Shown: positions 1 through 10,400, numbered from the stretch's first letter. The stretch is DNA of 64,000 nt from an uncultured Pseudomonadota bacterium (GCA_902774285.1 CACYHO010000001.1:6888-70887); one strand, 5' to 3'. Made by a program: numbers and translations. Notes: a model not told the origin generated them from the letters alone.

Positions 1-524
1 ATGGCATGTGATCCTGTTGCACATGCTGTGGACATCGCGATATTTGGACCACCGAAACCATATTTAATTGAAATATATCCCGCAGGCATATTTACAATCG
101 ATTTTGTAACAAAGAATGGACTTATAAAACGCGCACCATTTTTAAGCATTTCTGTATCGGTATCGGAAATCGAAGAAATTCCACCAACACCACTGCCTAC
201 TGAAACACCAATACGATTTTTATCACCATCATAATCGATAAGATTTGCATCATTTAAAGCCTCTTTTGCAGCGACCAACGCATACAAAGAAGTTTTTTCC
301 ATCTTTCTTTGTTCACGCGGTTCAACCGCAACATCTGGATTATATTCCCCCGGATTCGTCCCACATACTGGCATACCTGCAATTTGTGAAGAAATATCAG
401 AAACATCAAATTCTGTAACTTTGCGAATACCACTTTTACCATCTAATAAATTTTTCCATGCAAATTCTATACCGGTACCAACTGGCGACACAATTCCCAT
501 ACCTGTGATAACAACTCTTTTCAT
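1..524 (-). CDS. fabF: beta-ketoacyl-ACP synthase II, N-terminal part (runs off window start); absent from ORF track
   Basis: Manual translation from ATG at 524: MKRVVITGMGIVSPVG...GGPNIAMSTACATGSHA (catalytic TAC motif); directly downstream of acpP. Confidence 0.95.
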   Translation of the reverse strand, partial: MKRVVITGMGIVSPVGTGIEFAWKNLLDGKSGIRKVTEFDVSDISSQIAGMPVCGTNPGEYNPDVAVEPREQRKMEKTSLYALVAAKEALNDANLIDYDGDKNRIGVSVGSGVGGISSISDTDTEMLKNGARFISPFFVTKSIVNMPAGYISIKYGFGGPNIAMSTACATGSHA

Positions 525-590
525 AAATAAATCCTTTTTATAATCTTTGTCGCGCAAATCATACAATAAAATAAATATTAAATCAACGAC

Positions 591-620
591 ATAAAAACAA
601 TGCCACCGAAACGGTGGCAT
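591..620 (-). terminator. intrinsic terminator after acpP
   Basis: ATGCCACCG-AAA-CGGTGGCAT hairpin followed by T-rich tract on minus strand. Confidence 0.7.
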
Positions 621-647
621 CATTATCTTTTAATGATTCAGAAGCAA

Positions 648-893
648 TTATTTTGCGTGTGCTTCGATATATGCAACAGCATCACCAACAGTTGTCAATT
701 TTGTTGCTTCTTCATCAGGAATTGTGATATTGAATTCTTTTTCAACTTCCATAACAAATTCTACAACGTCCAAAGAATCAGCACCCAAATCATTTACGAA
801 AGATGCAGTTTCTACAACTTTTGCTTTATCAACACTCAATTTATCGCTTACGATATCTGTTACTTTAGCTAAAATTTCATCATGTTTTGACAT
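648..893 (-). CDS. acpP: acyl carrier protein
   Basis: [11 protein letters not shown] phosphopantetheine motif, acidic 81 aa. Confidence 0.97.
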   Translation of the reverse strand: MSKHDEILAKVTDIVSDKLSVDKAKVVETASFVNDLGADSLDVVEFVMEVEKEFNITIPDEEATKLTTVGDAVAYIEAHAK

Positions 894-1029
894 TTCATAT
901 CCTTTGTTTATGTTAATCTTGTGGCCCGTTTTTCCCAGGCGCCTTTTCTAACAAATTATCATTTTATCATACTTGTGTCAAGGAATTATAACAAACGATA
1001 ACAAAGTGTTGACTTTTGAAAAAAATATA

Positions 1030-2028
1030 TTATGCGAACAATTCGTCTAATAAATCATTCATATTATTACGCAAATTATCTTTGTCTGGATTCCAAACCA
1101 AAGCACGCATAAGGAATTTATGAACATCATCCATTGTGACATCAGACAAATTCGCTTTTGTTGTGACATGTTTCCATGCAGTGCGCGGATCTATTATATG
1201 GAAACGACCACGTCCCATAAACACCCATTCGCTGTCTTGCGGCAAATCTTGTAATAATAATACAGCCCTGTCTGATAATGGCATATCGCCCCACATATCA
1301 TGATTGAAATCTAAATCTTCCCAGCGCATTTTGAATATTTTTGTTTTTGGCGCAAACCCGTAAATCAACATTAAAAATGCCGCACGTAAATTAGTATCTT
1401 TTTCTTTATTTATTACAGACAATAATTTTTTCAAACCAGATTTAGTCAATTTTCTTTCACGTCTTACAACAGTTATTTTTTCAATATTATCTAATGGGTT
1501 ATTTTTTCTGTATCCCATATCGCACGCATAATTAAAAATACTTTGTAACAATTCTTGCATGCGCAATGCCATCGAACGCCCATCAATATTATCCAAAGAT
1601 TGTTGTAAATCTTGTTGTGTTATATCTTGAATATTTTTATCAAATAAATTTTTAAAATGCTTGTCTATTGCACGTTTTAATTTTACAAAAGAATCTTCAC
1701 TGCGGCGCACTTTGTGTTCAAGATAAGATTGAACAAAATTTTTAAAAGAAATCCTTTTGCGCCTGTTTGGAATTTTCTTTGCAACATTGTCTAAAACTTC
1801 ATTAACTTTGGCACGCGCTTCTTCTATATCTGTTTCTGGATACTTGCCGATAATGATTCGTTTATCACGACCATTAACACGTTTGCGCACAAAAAAACTT
1901 TTCACACCGCGCTGTGTTATATACATACGCAATCTTGGTTCTGACAAATCTTGTACAACATCAAAACCAATCTCTGGTGCTGGCAAACTATCAAGAATAT
2001 AAGAATTAAAGAAAAATTGATGTGCCAT
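1030..2028 (-). CDS. tyrosine integrase-like protein (arm-binding + core-binding domains), catalytic motifs absent
   Basis: N-terminal LRMYITQRGVKSFFVRKRVNG...IGKYP...EAR arm domain; NP..RER, MRWEDLDF, WVF motifs; no TGxR, HxxR, LGH or Tyr nucleophile. Confidence 0.75.
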   Translation of the reverse strand: MAHQFFFNSYILDSLPAPEIGFDVVQDLSEPRLRMYITQRGVKSFFVRKRVNGRDKRIIIGKYPETDIEEARAKVNEVLDNVAKKIPNRRKRISFKNFVQSYLEHKVRRSEDSFVKLKRAIDKHFKNLFDKNIQDITQQDLQQSLDNIDGRSMALRMQELLQSIFNYACDMGYRKNNPLDNIEKITVVRRERKLTKSGLKKLLSVINKEKDTNLRAAFLMLIYGFAPKTKIFKMRWEDLDFNHDMWGDMPLSDRAVLLLQDLPQDSEWVFMGRGRFHIIDPRTAWKHVTTKANLSDVTMDDVHKFLMRALVWNPDKDNLRNNMNDLLDELFA

Positions 2029-2039
2029 TGTTTTTCCTT

Positions 2040-2531
2040 TTATTTTGTGCGTTGTTTCCAGAATATGAAATTATCCAACAATTTTTGTTTAGCTGCTTTC
2101 TGCTTTGCTTGTGCAGTTTTAAATTGTGCATATAACATTTGATATTTAACCAAATCTTCAAAAGCTGGGCACCCCTGACAAAACGCTTCATAAATCGTTC
2201 CGTCTGCCCGATTATTCATACACCTTTGTACTTGTTCTTCTGTATAAGAACTTTTATCTTTATCATCAAAAGGATTATGCATAACATAAAAACATGGATA
2301 CGCATGACACATATGTGCATAGTTACCAACATACTGCTTACATTCTTGTGGTTTAGTATTTGGATTTGGTGCACTTTTTATAAAAGCTTCTTCTATAGAA
2401 ACATTTTGCCCAAAATGAGGAATCGAAATCTGTTTCAACATTGTCCTAAATTTAACATCTTTTCTTAATCTGGCAATTTCAGTCGCCTTTTTTGCTTCCT
2501 TCCAAAATTTATAATCTTGTATTATGGACAT
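2040..2531 (-). CDS. hypothetical protein, Cys-containing (CQGCP)
   Basis: 163-aa ORF tightly packed between lepA and the integrase-like gene on the same strand. Confidence 0.6.
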   Translation of the reverse strand: MSIIQDYKFWKEAKKATEIARLRKDVKFRTMLKQISIPHFGQNVSIEEAFIKSAPNPNTKPQECKQYVGNYAHMCHAYPCFYVMHNPFDDKDKSSYTEEQVQRCMNNRADGTIYEAFCQGCPAFEDLVKYQMLYAQFKTAQAKQKAAKQKLLDNFIFWKQRTK

Positions 2532-2533
2532 GA

Positions 2534-4327
2534 CTATTCACCAACCTTTAATGCGTTAATAAATGCAGATTGTGGTATTTCTACATTACCGAATGTGCGC
2601 AAACGTTTTTTACCTTCTTTCTGTTTTTCAAGCAATTTTCTTTTACGTGTAATATCACCGCCATAACATTTCGCAGTAACGTCTTTGCGGTATGCAGCTA
2701 TGGTTTCACGTGCGATAATTTTTCCACCTATTGCGGCCTGTAATGGAATCTTGAATTGATGACGAGGAATTAAATCTTTCAATTTTTCAACTATTTGACG
2801 ACCACGCTTTTCTGCTGCCCCGCGATGACAAAGGAACGACAAAGGTTCCACATTTTCATCGTTCACCAATATAGAAACTTTTACCAAATCGCTTACACGA
2901 TAATCGTATAAAACATAATCAAATGAAGCATAACCAGACGATAAAGATTTTACACGATCATAAAAATCAAATACTATTTCAGATAAAGGTAATTGATAAA
3001 CTAAAACCGCCCTGTTCCCGACATAAGAAATATTTTCTTGGACACCACGACGTGATGCACACAATTCCATAATTGCACCCAAATATTTATCTGGCATCAT
3101 TATTGTTGCACGCACCCATGGTTCTTCTATAGATTCGATTCGTGTCACGTCTGGCATATCCGCTGGGTTTTCCAAATCCATTACCGAACCATCACGCAAA
3201 TGAATTTTATAAAGCACACTTGGCACAGTATTAATAAGTGATAAATTAAATTCACGATTTAATCTTTCACTTATAATTTCCATATGTAATAATCCCAGGA
3301 AACCACAACGCAAACCGAAACCAAGTGCCGAAGATTTTTCTGTAGTGAAAACAAAAGACGCATCATTCAATGCCAGTTTTTCTGCACCTTCACGCAGGTC
3401 AGGATAATCATTTGCTTCTACTGGAAAGAAAGAAGAAAACACTACAGGAACAGAAGGTTTAAAACCAGGCAACATTTCAACATTGCTTTTTGCATCACAA
3501 ATTGTATCACCCACTTTGCAGTCATGAATTGTTTTCATACCGGTAATAATAAAACCAATTTCACCGGTTGAAAGAGAATCTACATTTTCCATTTTTGGTG
3601 TGAAATAACCAACTTTTTCAACAACATATTCTGCGCCTGTTGCAATAAATTTGATTTTTTGTCCACGAGATAATGTTCCATCAACAACACGAACTAAAAC
3701 AACCACACCAAGATATGAATCATACCAAGAATCAACCAACAATGCGCGCGTTGGTGCATTTTCATCACCACTTGGCGCAGGCAACTTATTTACAATTTCT
3801 TCCAATAATTCTGGAACACCAGCACCTGTTTTCCCTGAAACACACAATGCGTTTGATGCATCCATGCCAATAACATCCGCGATTTGTTCACGTGTGGCTG
3901 CAACATCACTGGACGGCAAATCGATTTTATTTAATACTGGTAACATTTCCAAATCATTATCCAGCGCAAGGTAAGCGTTCGCCAAAGTTTGAGCCTGAAC
4001 ACCCTGGGTTGCATCAACCAAAATTATTGCGCCTTCACACGCTGCCAAACTGCGTGATACTTCATAAGAAAAATCAACGTGGCCTGGTGTATCCATCAAA
4101 TTTAATTGATAAGTTTCGCCATTTTTGGCCTTGTAATTCAACCGCACAGTTTGCGCTTTGATTGTAATTCCACGTTCACGTTCAATATCCATAGAATCAA
4201 GAACCTGCGCTTTCATTTCACGTGATTCCAGACCACCAGTATATTCAATAAGACGATCTGACAATGTTGATTTACCATGATCGATGTGCGCAACAATTGA
4301 AAAATTTCTGATATTACTTTGTTTCAT
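2534..4327 (-). CDS. lepA: elongation factor 4 (LepA)
   Basis: [41 protein letters not shown]. Confidence 0.99.
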   Translation of the reverse strand: MKQSNIRNFSIVAHIDHGKSTLSDRLIEYTGGLESREMKAQVLDSMDIERERGITIKAQTVRLNYKAKNGETYQLNLMDTPGHVDFSYEVSRSLAACEGAIILVDATQGVQAQTLANAYLALDNDLEMLPVLNKIDLPSSDVAATREQIADVIGMDASNALCVSGKTGAGVPELLEEIVNKLPAPSGDENAPTRALLVDSWYDSYLGVVVLVRVVDGTLSRGQKIKFIATGAEYVVEKVGYFTPKMENVDSLSTGEIGFIITGMKTIHDCKVGDTICDAKSNVEMLPGFKPSVPVVFSSFFPVEANDYPDLREGAEKLALNDASFVFTTEKSSALGFGLRCGFLGLLHMEIISERLNREFNLSLINTVPSVLYKIHLRDGSVMDLENPADMPDVTRIESIEEPWVRATIMMPDKYLGAIMELCASRRGVQENISYVGNRAVLVYQLPLSEIVFDFYDRVKSLSSGYASFDYVLYDYRVSDLVKVSILVNDENVEPLSFLCHRGAAEKRGRQIVEKLKDLIPRHQFKIPLQAAIGGKIIARETIAAYRKDVTAKCYGGDITRKRKLLEKQKEGKKRLRTFGNVEIPQSAFINALKVGE

Positions 4328-4342
4328 CCTTTCCCCACATTT

Positions 4343-4693
4343 TTACATATCAATATTATTCAATAATTCTTCGATTCGGTTTGCACGTTCCAAAGTATCA
4401 TCATAAACAAATCTTATTTCTGGAACATATTTTTGATCTATTTTTTGTGCCAATTCAAAGCGCACCATTTTTGTTATTTCGTCCAATCTTTTCTGGGTTG
4501 CTTCAATATTGTCATGTGCATAAAAGAATATCTTTACAAATTGCATGCCACCGTGTGATTGCGCACCAACAAGGGAAACCCCGCTTATCAATTTATCGTC
4601 AGAAAAATTACGTTGTAAAATTTCTGCGACCAATGTTTGCACCTTGCTGGCTATTTTTTCAGATCTGTTAGAATTGGTTTGTTTTTTCATCAT
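4343..4693 (-). CDS. rbfA: ribosome-binding factor A (start revised to 4693 or 4690)
   Basis: R.EKIAS.VQ..VAEIL N-terminus and KYVPEIRFVYDDTLERA C-terminal motif; AAGGA upstream of MMKK. Confidence 0.85.
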   Translation of the reverse strand: MMKKQTNSNRSEKIASKVQTLVAEILQRNFSDDKLISGVSLVGAQSHGGMQFVKIFFYAHDNIEATQKRLDEITKMVRFELAQKIDQKYVPEIRFVYDDTLERANRIEELLNNIDM

Positions 4694-4797
4694 AATAATA
4701 CATTTCCTTTGCGGCAATGATACACCGGTATATAAAAAACACAAGAAAATTATTAAAGATGTTGAACAAAAATCCTAAATCTTATAAAATAATCTTT

Positions 4798-5370
4798 ATG
4801 AAAATCATAAATAACATCTTGGATAAATCGGCAAAGCCTTGGTATTCATGGCTTGTATGCTTGATGACAATATGTGAATCCATATTTCTATTTATCCCAC
4901 CAGAAGTCTTTATGACACCCGCAATTGTGGCGGACAAAAAGCGTGCACGACCAATAGTATTGGCTGCAGCGATTGGTTCTATAATTGGTGGCGCGATTGC
5001 GTATTTAATCGGACTTTGGCTGTTTGACACCGTTGGCATATGGTCAATCGAACATTTTGCAAGTATGGAAAAATTTGAATTAACCAAAGCATTGTTCACA
5101 AAATACGGCATCCTAATTATTATCGCAACCGCAATAACCCCTATTCCATACAAATTGTTGGCTTTATGTGCAGGATTTTTAGAATATCCAATTCTTATAT
5201 TTTTAGGTGTTTCTGCAATATTCAGAACAGGACGTTTTGCAATAATTGGCTTTTTACTTTGGCGTTTTCAAGAACAAGCAAATTTGATTGTAAAGAAATA
5301 TTCTTGGCAATTAACAATTGGTGCAATTATATTCGCACTATTGGGCTTATTAATAATAACAGTTTTGTAA
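4798..5370 (+). CDS. YqaA/DedA (VTT domain) membrane protein (start revised)
   Basis: ESIFLFIPPE, GSIIGGAIAY, TPIPYK, RTGRF motifs; promoter TTGAAC-17-TAAAAT ends 7 nt before ATG 4798. Confidence 0.85.
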   Translation: MKIINNILDKSAKPWYSWLVCLMTICESIFLFIPPEVFMTPAIVADKKRARPIVLAAAIGSIIGGAIAYLIGLWLFDTVGIWSIEHFASMEKFELTKALFTKYGILIIIATAITPIPYKLLALCAGFLEYPILIFLGVSAIFRTGRFAIIGFLLWRFQEQANLIVKKYSWQLTIGAIIFALLGLLIITVL

Positions 5371-5415
5371 AATATACCCTTGCCCAGTTATAAATTTTTT
5401 ACTATGATTAATGTC

Positions 5416-6186
5416 ATGACAGAAACAACTATATCTTTCGCAAATGTATCGGCCACATACGACAATAAACACGATGTTTTATCGGACGTGTCTTTTAATA
5501 TCAGTGGCGGCGCTTTTTACTTTTTAACTGGGGCCAGCGGTGCCGGAAAAACTACCTTATTGCGATTGATATATCAATTACACAAACCCGCCAGTGGAAC
5601 AATTAAACTTTTTGGAAAAGATTGTAGTGAATTATCACGTGATGAAATTTCTACGTTGCGTCAAAAAATGGCCATCGTATTTCAAGAATATTCTTTGATT
5701 TCCCATATGACCGTATTCGATAATATCGCATTGCCATTACGTGTCCGCGGATTCAGTAATGACAAAATTAAAAAACTGGTTACAAAAACACTAGAATGGG
5801 TTGGTTTGGGCAAATATGCAAATTCTTACCCTATGGAATTAAGTGGCGGCCAACAACAACGTATATCTGTTGCACGTGCTATTATTATTCAACCTTCTAT
5901 ATTATTAGCAGACGAACCAACTGGAAATCTGGATGACGAAAATGCTTCGCGTCTTATGGAATTATTTATTCAAATGAACAAAATGTTTGGGACAACGGTT
6001 ATATTGGCAACCCATAATAAAAAATTATTGGAAACATACAAATTCCCGGTAATCATTGTTGATAATCATCACGTTGCTTTTTCTGGTGTAAATACAGAAA
6101 GCACGGCGCGCAAATGGAAAGGCCCGCAACCACAAAACTATTTTTCAGAAATTTCTAAACAATTTGAAGATATTGGGAAAGCATAA
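5416..6186 (+). CDS. ftsE: cell division ABC ATPase FtsE (start revised)
   Basis: GASGAGKT, LSGGQQQR, LLADEPTGNLD; upstream of ftsX; TTGCCC-17-TATGAT promoter 7 nt before ATG 5416. Confidence 0.92.
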   Translation: MTETTISFANVSATYDNKHDVLSDVSFNISGGAFYFLTGASGAGKTTLLRLIYQLHKPASGTIKLFGKDCSELSRDEISTLRQKMAIVFQEYSLISHMTVFDNIALPLRVRGFSNDKIKKLVTKTLEWVGLGKYANSYPMELSGGQQQRISVARAIIIQPSILLADEPTGNLDDENASRLMELFIQMNKMFGTTVILATHNKKLLETYKFPVIIVDNHHVAFSGVNTESTARKWKGPQPQNYFSEISKQFEDIGKA

Positions 6187-7025
6187 TGAAAAAGACAAAA
6201 CTTGTATTTTCACTGGTTCGCGAACAATCTATGTTTATGACAGTAGTGTTGTCTGTTTTGACTTTCTTGTCTGTATTATCTTTGGGTATCGCACTTGCGG
6301 TTGGTGGCAGCGTTATCCGTTGGAATAATCAATGGGATAAATATGCAACAATTCAAATTACAAATCCAGATAATACAAATTATGTTAAAAAAGTATTTGA
6401 AGAAAACGCGAACAAATTTGATAATATCCAAGAAATTTCCAAAACAGAAATGGAACATATGTTGCAACCTTGGATTTCAGGCGGAGCAAAAATAAATAAC
6501 TATTTACCAACAATGTTTGAAGTAAAATTAAAAAAATCTTCTGACATGGCATTCATCAAAGATAAAATTGCGCCACGTGCAAAATTTCTTACACATACAT
6601 CCGCGTTAAAGACCTCTATTTCTGCCGGATGGAAGCTTGTGTCTATAACAACTTTGATATTGATATTGATGTTGACATCTATCGGTGTTTGCGTATCATA
6701 TATATCACGAAACATAGCGATGTTACATAAACATGAATTGGAAATATTAAACCAAGTTGGCGCAACAGATAATTTCGTTGCGAAACAAATGCAAATTATC
6801 GTCGCAAAAATAAGTTCTGTTGCTTGCCTTGTTGGGTTTGTTTGTGCAACACCAATTATTTTGATGATATTATCAACAGCACATTCAGCGCGCATTGGTT
6901 TAATGGCAACATTATCTCTTTCAACATCAAATTGGATCATTTTGATGTTGTTGCCAATAATAATTATTATGTTTTCAGTCCACATTACTAAAAAAACAAC
7001 ATTTAAAATATTGTCGGAAAATTAA
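6186..7025 (+). CDS. ftsX: cell division permease FtsX
   Basis: 4-TM topology, LQPW, HKHELEILNQVGATDNFVAKQ; coupled to ftsE. Confidence 0.85.
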   Translation: MKKTKLVFSLVREQSMFMTVVLSVLTFLSVLSLGIALAVGGSVIRWNNQWDKYATIQITNPDNTNYVKKVFEENANKFDNIQEISKTEMEHMLQPWISGGAKINNYLPTMFEVKLKKSSDMAFIKDKIAPRAKFLTHTSALKTSISAGWKLVSITTLILILMLTSIGVCVSYISRNIAMLHKHELEILNQVGATDNFVAKQMQIIVAKISSVACLVGFVCATPIILMILSTAHSARIGLMATLSLSTSNWIILMLLPIIIIMFSVHITKKTTFKILSEN

Positions 7026-7531
7026 TGAAATATATTCCTGCATCTTTGGTATTAATTTTTTGTTTCGTATTCGGCGGAATAATGTTTAAATCCATGACAC
7101 CACCAAGATGCGAATCTTTACACCAAGATGACACTATCTTTGTATTAACGGGTGATGCACGCCGTATCCCATATGCGATAAAAAAATTAGATTCATTGCA
7201 ATATGGAAACCTTTATATCATTGGTGCTGGCGTAACAACTATACCAAATCATGTACATGTAAATGTAGAATCCACATCTAAATCAACTTATCAAAACGCA
7301 CTGGCAATAAAGAAAATCGTAGCGGATCAAAATCTTGAACGTATTGTTGTTGTCACAACAGAAGATCATATGAATCGCGCATTGTATTTGTTAAGAACAA
7401 CTTTGCCAGATACAGATATTGTTGCATGTCCTGCTTCATTAACAGGTATGCCAACACCTGTACGTGTAAAACGTTGGACCGTTGAATATATGAAATACAT
7501 CGTTACAATGTTTGGAATAAAGGAAAGTTAA
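7025..7531 (+). CDS. YdcF/DUF218 family protein
   Basis: VLTGD..RI, STYQNA, VVTTEDHMNRA, EYMKY; conserved position after ftsX. Confidence 0.85.
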   Translation: MKYIPASLVLIFCFVFGGIMFKSMTPPRCESLHQDDTIFVLTGDARRIPYAIKKLDSLQYGNLYIIGAGVTTIPNHVHVNVESTSKSTYQNALAIKKIVADQNLERIVVVTTEDHMNRALYLLRTTLPDTDIVACPASLTGMPTPVRVKRWTVEYMKYIVTMFGIKES

Positions 7532-7533
7532 AA

Positions 7534-8241
7534 ATGTTACGAACTTTGATATTTAAAATTGTTTTGTTTATATGGTTTTTAGCATGGTCACCGTTACTTT
7601 TAATTGGTTTAATATCACCACAATTGGAACGCAAATTTATATTCGCAGATGCATGGGGTGTTTTATTTTTAGCAAGAATTATAACAGGAATAAAATATCA
7701 AATTCATTATCCTTCTACAAATGAAAATGGTATCCCTTTTAAACACAATATAAACCAAAGACTTGATGGTCGTTCTATTATCGCATCAAAACATATGTCT
7801 ATGTTGGAAGTCGCCATATTGGTTACACATGTCCCAAATTATTTCTTTATTATGAAGCGCGAATTACTATGGATTCCAATTTATGGTTGGGCATTCTGGA
7901 GAATCGGCTTAATCGGCGTTAACAGAACACGTGGCGCCACAAATATGAATACGTTGGCTAACAAAGTTACAAAAAGCATTATGCAAGGAATGACCCTTAT
8001 AATATTCCCAGAAGGAACCAGAACGGCCCCGAATCATAAAATACCATTAAAACGTGGTTTGTTATTTTTGGCATCACAATTAAAATTACCTATAACACCT
8101 GTTGGTGTTGATACTGGTTTATATTGGCCTAAACGTGGCAAAATGAAATCTGGTACAACACATATGTATTTTGAAAACGAATTACCTTCATCTGCAACAT
8201 TGGAAGAAGTTCACGAAGCAATAAATCGTCACAGTTGTTAA
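7534..8241 (+). CDS. plsC: 1-acyl-sn-glycerol-3-phosphate acyltransferase
   Basis: KHMSMLE (HxxxxD/E), KRELLWIP, IFPEGTR. Confidence 0.88.
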   Translation: MLRTLIFKIVLFIWFLAWSPLLLIGLISPQLERKFIFADAWGVLFLARIITGIKYQIHYPSTNENGIPFKHNINQRLDGRSIIASKHMSMLEVAILVTHVPNYFFIMKRELLWIPIYGWAFWRIGLIGVNRTRGATNMNTLANKVTKSIMQGMTLIIFPEGTRTAPNHKIPLKRGLLFLASQLKLPITPVGVDTGLYWPKRGKMKSGTTHMYFENELPSSATLEEVHEAINRHSC

Positions 8242-8651
8242 TTACACCATGATTGACGTTTGCCACCAGAATAAGAACGGCCAACTTTTTCTTTAATCAA
8301 AACAGAACCAATATCACGATTTTCAGAATCATAAACATTGGCATCTATGCGGCCAGAATATTTATCGTTTTTGATATTTTTTATTTCTATGACAGATCCT
8401 GTTGGAATCAATTCGCCCAATCTTTGTTTTGCATATTGTGCACGTTTTATTTCAGATTCACAATTACCATGCAATTCTGGTGTATCTACATTACGCAGAC
8501 GCACTTTGACAGACCTGACTTCTGTTTTATCGGCCAAAATAATATCACCAACAAAAGTATCGCCGTCAACTATGTGTGTGACACGCACAGGCGTCGCCAA
8601 ACAATATTGGCACATAAAGCATACCAAAAATAATACTAATACTTTTTTCAT
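8238..8651 (-). CDS. secreted thermonuclease (SNase-like)
   Basis: Signal peptide MKKVLVLFL; VDGDT, VRLRNVDTPE, DKYSGR, C-terminal SWC. Confidence 0.9.
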   Translation of the reverse strand: MKKVLVLFLVCFMCQYCLATPVRVTHIVDGDTFVGDIILADKTEVRSVKVRLRNVDTPELHGNCESEIKRAQYAKQRLGELIPTGSVIEIKNIKNDKYSGRIDANVYDSENRDIGSVLIKEKVGRSYSGGKRQSWCN

Positions 8652-9973
8652 TACGGTAATTTTGGGGACCACGTTGGTTCTACACCGTTTATTCCATCTT
8701 TTAATTCTATGTCATAAATATTTTGACCGGTTATATCTACACTGCGAATATGACTGATACGTCCTTCGCCGTCTTCGGCTTGTTCTGTTTCATAATACAC
8801 AATACGACGCGAACCAGGTGCCCAAGATGGTGCTTCCATATACCAACCACCTGCTAATATTTTTTCATGGCGCCCCTGTGGATTCATAATCCCAATATAG
8901 AAAGTATTTTCTGCGATTTTTGTAAACGCAATATAATTACCATCTGGCGACCACGCAGGTGTAGCATAACGCCCTGCTCCGAATGTTATGCGTTTTTGTT
9001 TACCTGTATTCAAATCAAGAACATGTATTTGTTGCGATCCTGAACTGTCTGAATTAAATGCCATATAACGACCATCAGGTGAATATGATGGGCTTGTATC
9101 AATATGATTACCAAATGTTAATTGCTTCAAAGACTTATCAGCTATATTATATTCATATATATTAGTGATACCATTTTTAACCAATGACAAAGCAACACGA
9201 TTGCCATCTGGTGAAAAACGTGGCGCAAAGCTCATACCACCAAAATTACCCAATTTTGTTTGATCGCCAGTATCTAAATCTAATACCCAAACCATTGGAT
9301 CATCATTTCTATAAGACAAAAACACAACACTGGACATATTCGGTGAAAAATGTGGCGACATAACAAATGTTTTCTTGTCTGATAAATAACGCATGCCATA
9401 TCCATCTTGATCCATTATCGCCATACGTTTTACACGATTATCAACTGGGCCAGTTTCAGCAATAAAGACTATTTGCGTATCAAAATACCCTGTTTCACCC
9501 GTCAATCTTTCATAAATTGCATCCGCCATTATGTGTGCAAGTCTGCGAACAGATTTCTTGGAAGCAATCAAACTTTGGGCTTCTATTTGTTCTTTGCCGT
9601 TTATATCCCACAAATAAAATTCTAATTTATAATTATCTTTACCTTCTGATTTTAAGCTTGCTTGAACAAGAGCCTGTGCCTTAATAGCGTTCCAACTTTT
9701 GAAATTTGGCATTTCATTCATTTTCACATATTCAGGAAAAGCATCATGATTAACAATTCTGAAAAGCCCCGTCCGTTTTAAATCATCTTCGACAACCTGT
9801 CTTAACATCTTGGCATCAGAACTGGATACCTTGCCAATCGGTTCAAATTTCTGAACAGCAATTGATGTCGGATCAACACCCCCGGCAACAATATCAACAT
9901 GCAATTCAGCATACGCATTTGATATAAACAAAACAGCCATAACAGACATCAAACAAGATAATATTTTACGCAT
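8651..9973 (-). CDS. tolB: Tol-Pal periplasmic protein TolB (start revised)
   Basis: Signal peptide, AHIMADAIYERLTGETGYFDT, MDQDG, repeated PxFSPDG propeller blades. Confidence 0.95.
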   Translation of the reverse strand: MRKILSCLMSVMAVLFISNAYAELHVDIVAGGVDPTSIAVQKFEPIGKVSSSDAKMLRQVVEDDLKRTGLFRIVNHDAFPEYVKMNEMPNFKSWNAIKAQALVQASLKSEGKDNYKLEFYLWDINGKEQIEAQSLIASKKSVRRLAHIMADAIYERLTGETGYFDTQIVFIAETGPVDNRVKRMAIMDQDGYGMRYLSDKKTFVMSPHFSPNMSSVVFLSYRNDDPMVWVLDLDTGDQTKLGNFGGMSFAPRFSPDGNRVALSLVKNGITNIYEYNIADKSLKQLTFGNHIDTSPSYSPDGRYMAFNSDSSGSQQIHVLDLNTGKQKRITFGAGRYATPAWSPDGNYIAFTKIAENTFYIGIMNPQGRHEKILAGGWYMEAPSWAPGSRRIVYYETEQAEDGEGRISHIRSVDITGQNIYDIELKDGINGVEPTWSPKLP

Positions 9974-10090
9974 AAAAAAATCCTTTCCTTTTAATACAGA
10001 GATGATTCTAGCACACATTAATATAAAAAAGCAAAAAATTAACAACAATACACCAAACAATACAAATGCCTATATTTCTGCCATTACACA

Positions 10091-10134
10091 TGTATACATA
10101 AATGTATTGACAAATGTAAATACAATGATATAGT
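10091..10134 (+). promoter_or_regulatory. sigma70 promoter with palindromic operator candidates
   Basis: TTGACA (10107-12), extended -10 TGaTATAGT (10126-34); TGTATACA (10091-98) and TGTAAATACA (10115-24) palindromes. Confidence 0.65.
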
Positions 10135-10167
10135 CAGTTGTAATTACTAAAGTATAGGAGTTGGTAT

Positions 10168-10398
10168 ATGCCTAATGTAATGCAACAATTATTCGTTATG
10201 AATATTGAAACCTTGCTGAAAGAATATGCTGCTTTTCGCGCATTCAACAAATCAGACTGCGTAATTAATATGCGAATTCCACATCAAATATTAGAAAGAA
10301 TCAAAGAATTAGCAGATGCACAGCATGTGCCCTATCAATCACTAATATCATCTGTTTTATTTTCATTGGCTAACGTTGACGAATCTAAAAAGGATTAA
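10168..10398 (+). CDS. CopG/ribbon-helix-helix antitoxin-like DNA-binding protein
   Basis: VINMRIP..ILERIKELA....VPYQSLISSVL pattern; AGGAG RBS. Confidence 0.75.
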   Translation: MPNVMQQLFVMNIETLLKEYAAFRAFNKSDCVINMRIPHQILERIKELADAQHVPYQSLISSVLFSLANVDESKKD

Positions 10399-10400
10399 AG

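Noticed and set aside
1-442. ORF-track entries 1..234(+) and 254..442(-)
   Set aside because: Shadow frames of fabF, which reads on the minus strand from 524
1030-2531. Prophage or integrative element around the integrase-like gene
   Set aside because: Flanked by core genes; no att repeats, adjacent tRNA or phage genes seen; catalytic residues absent
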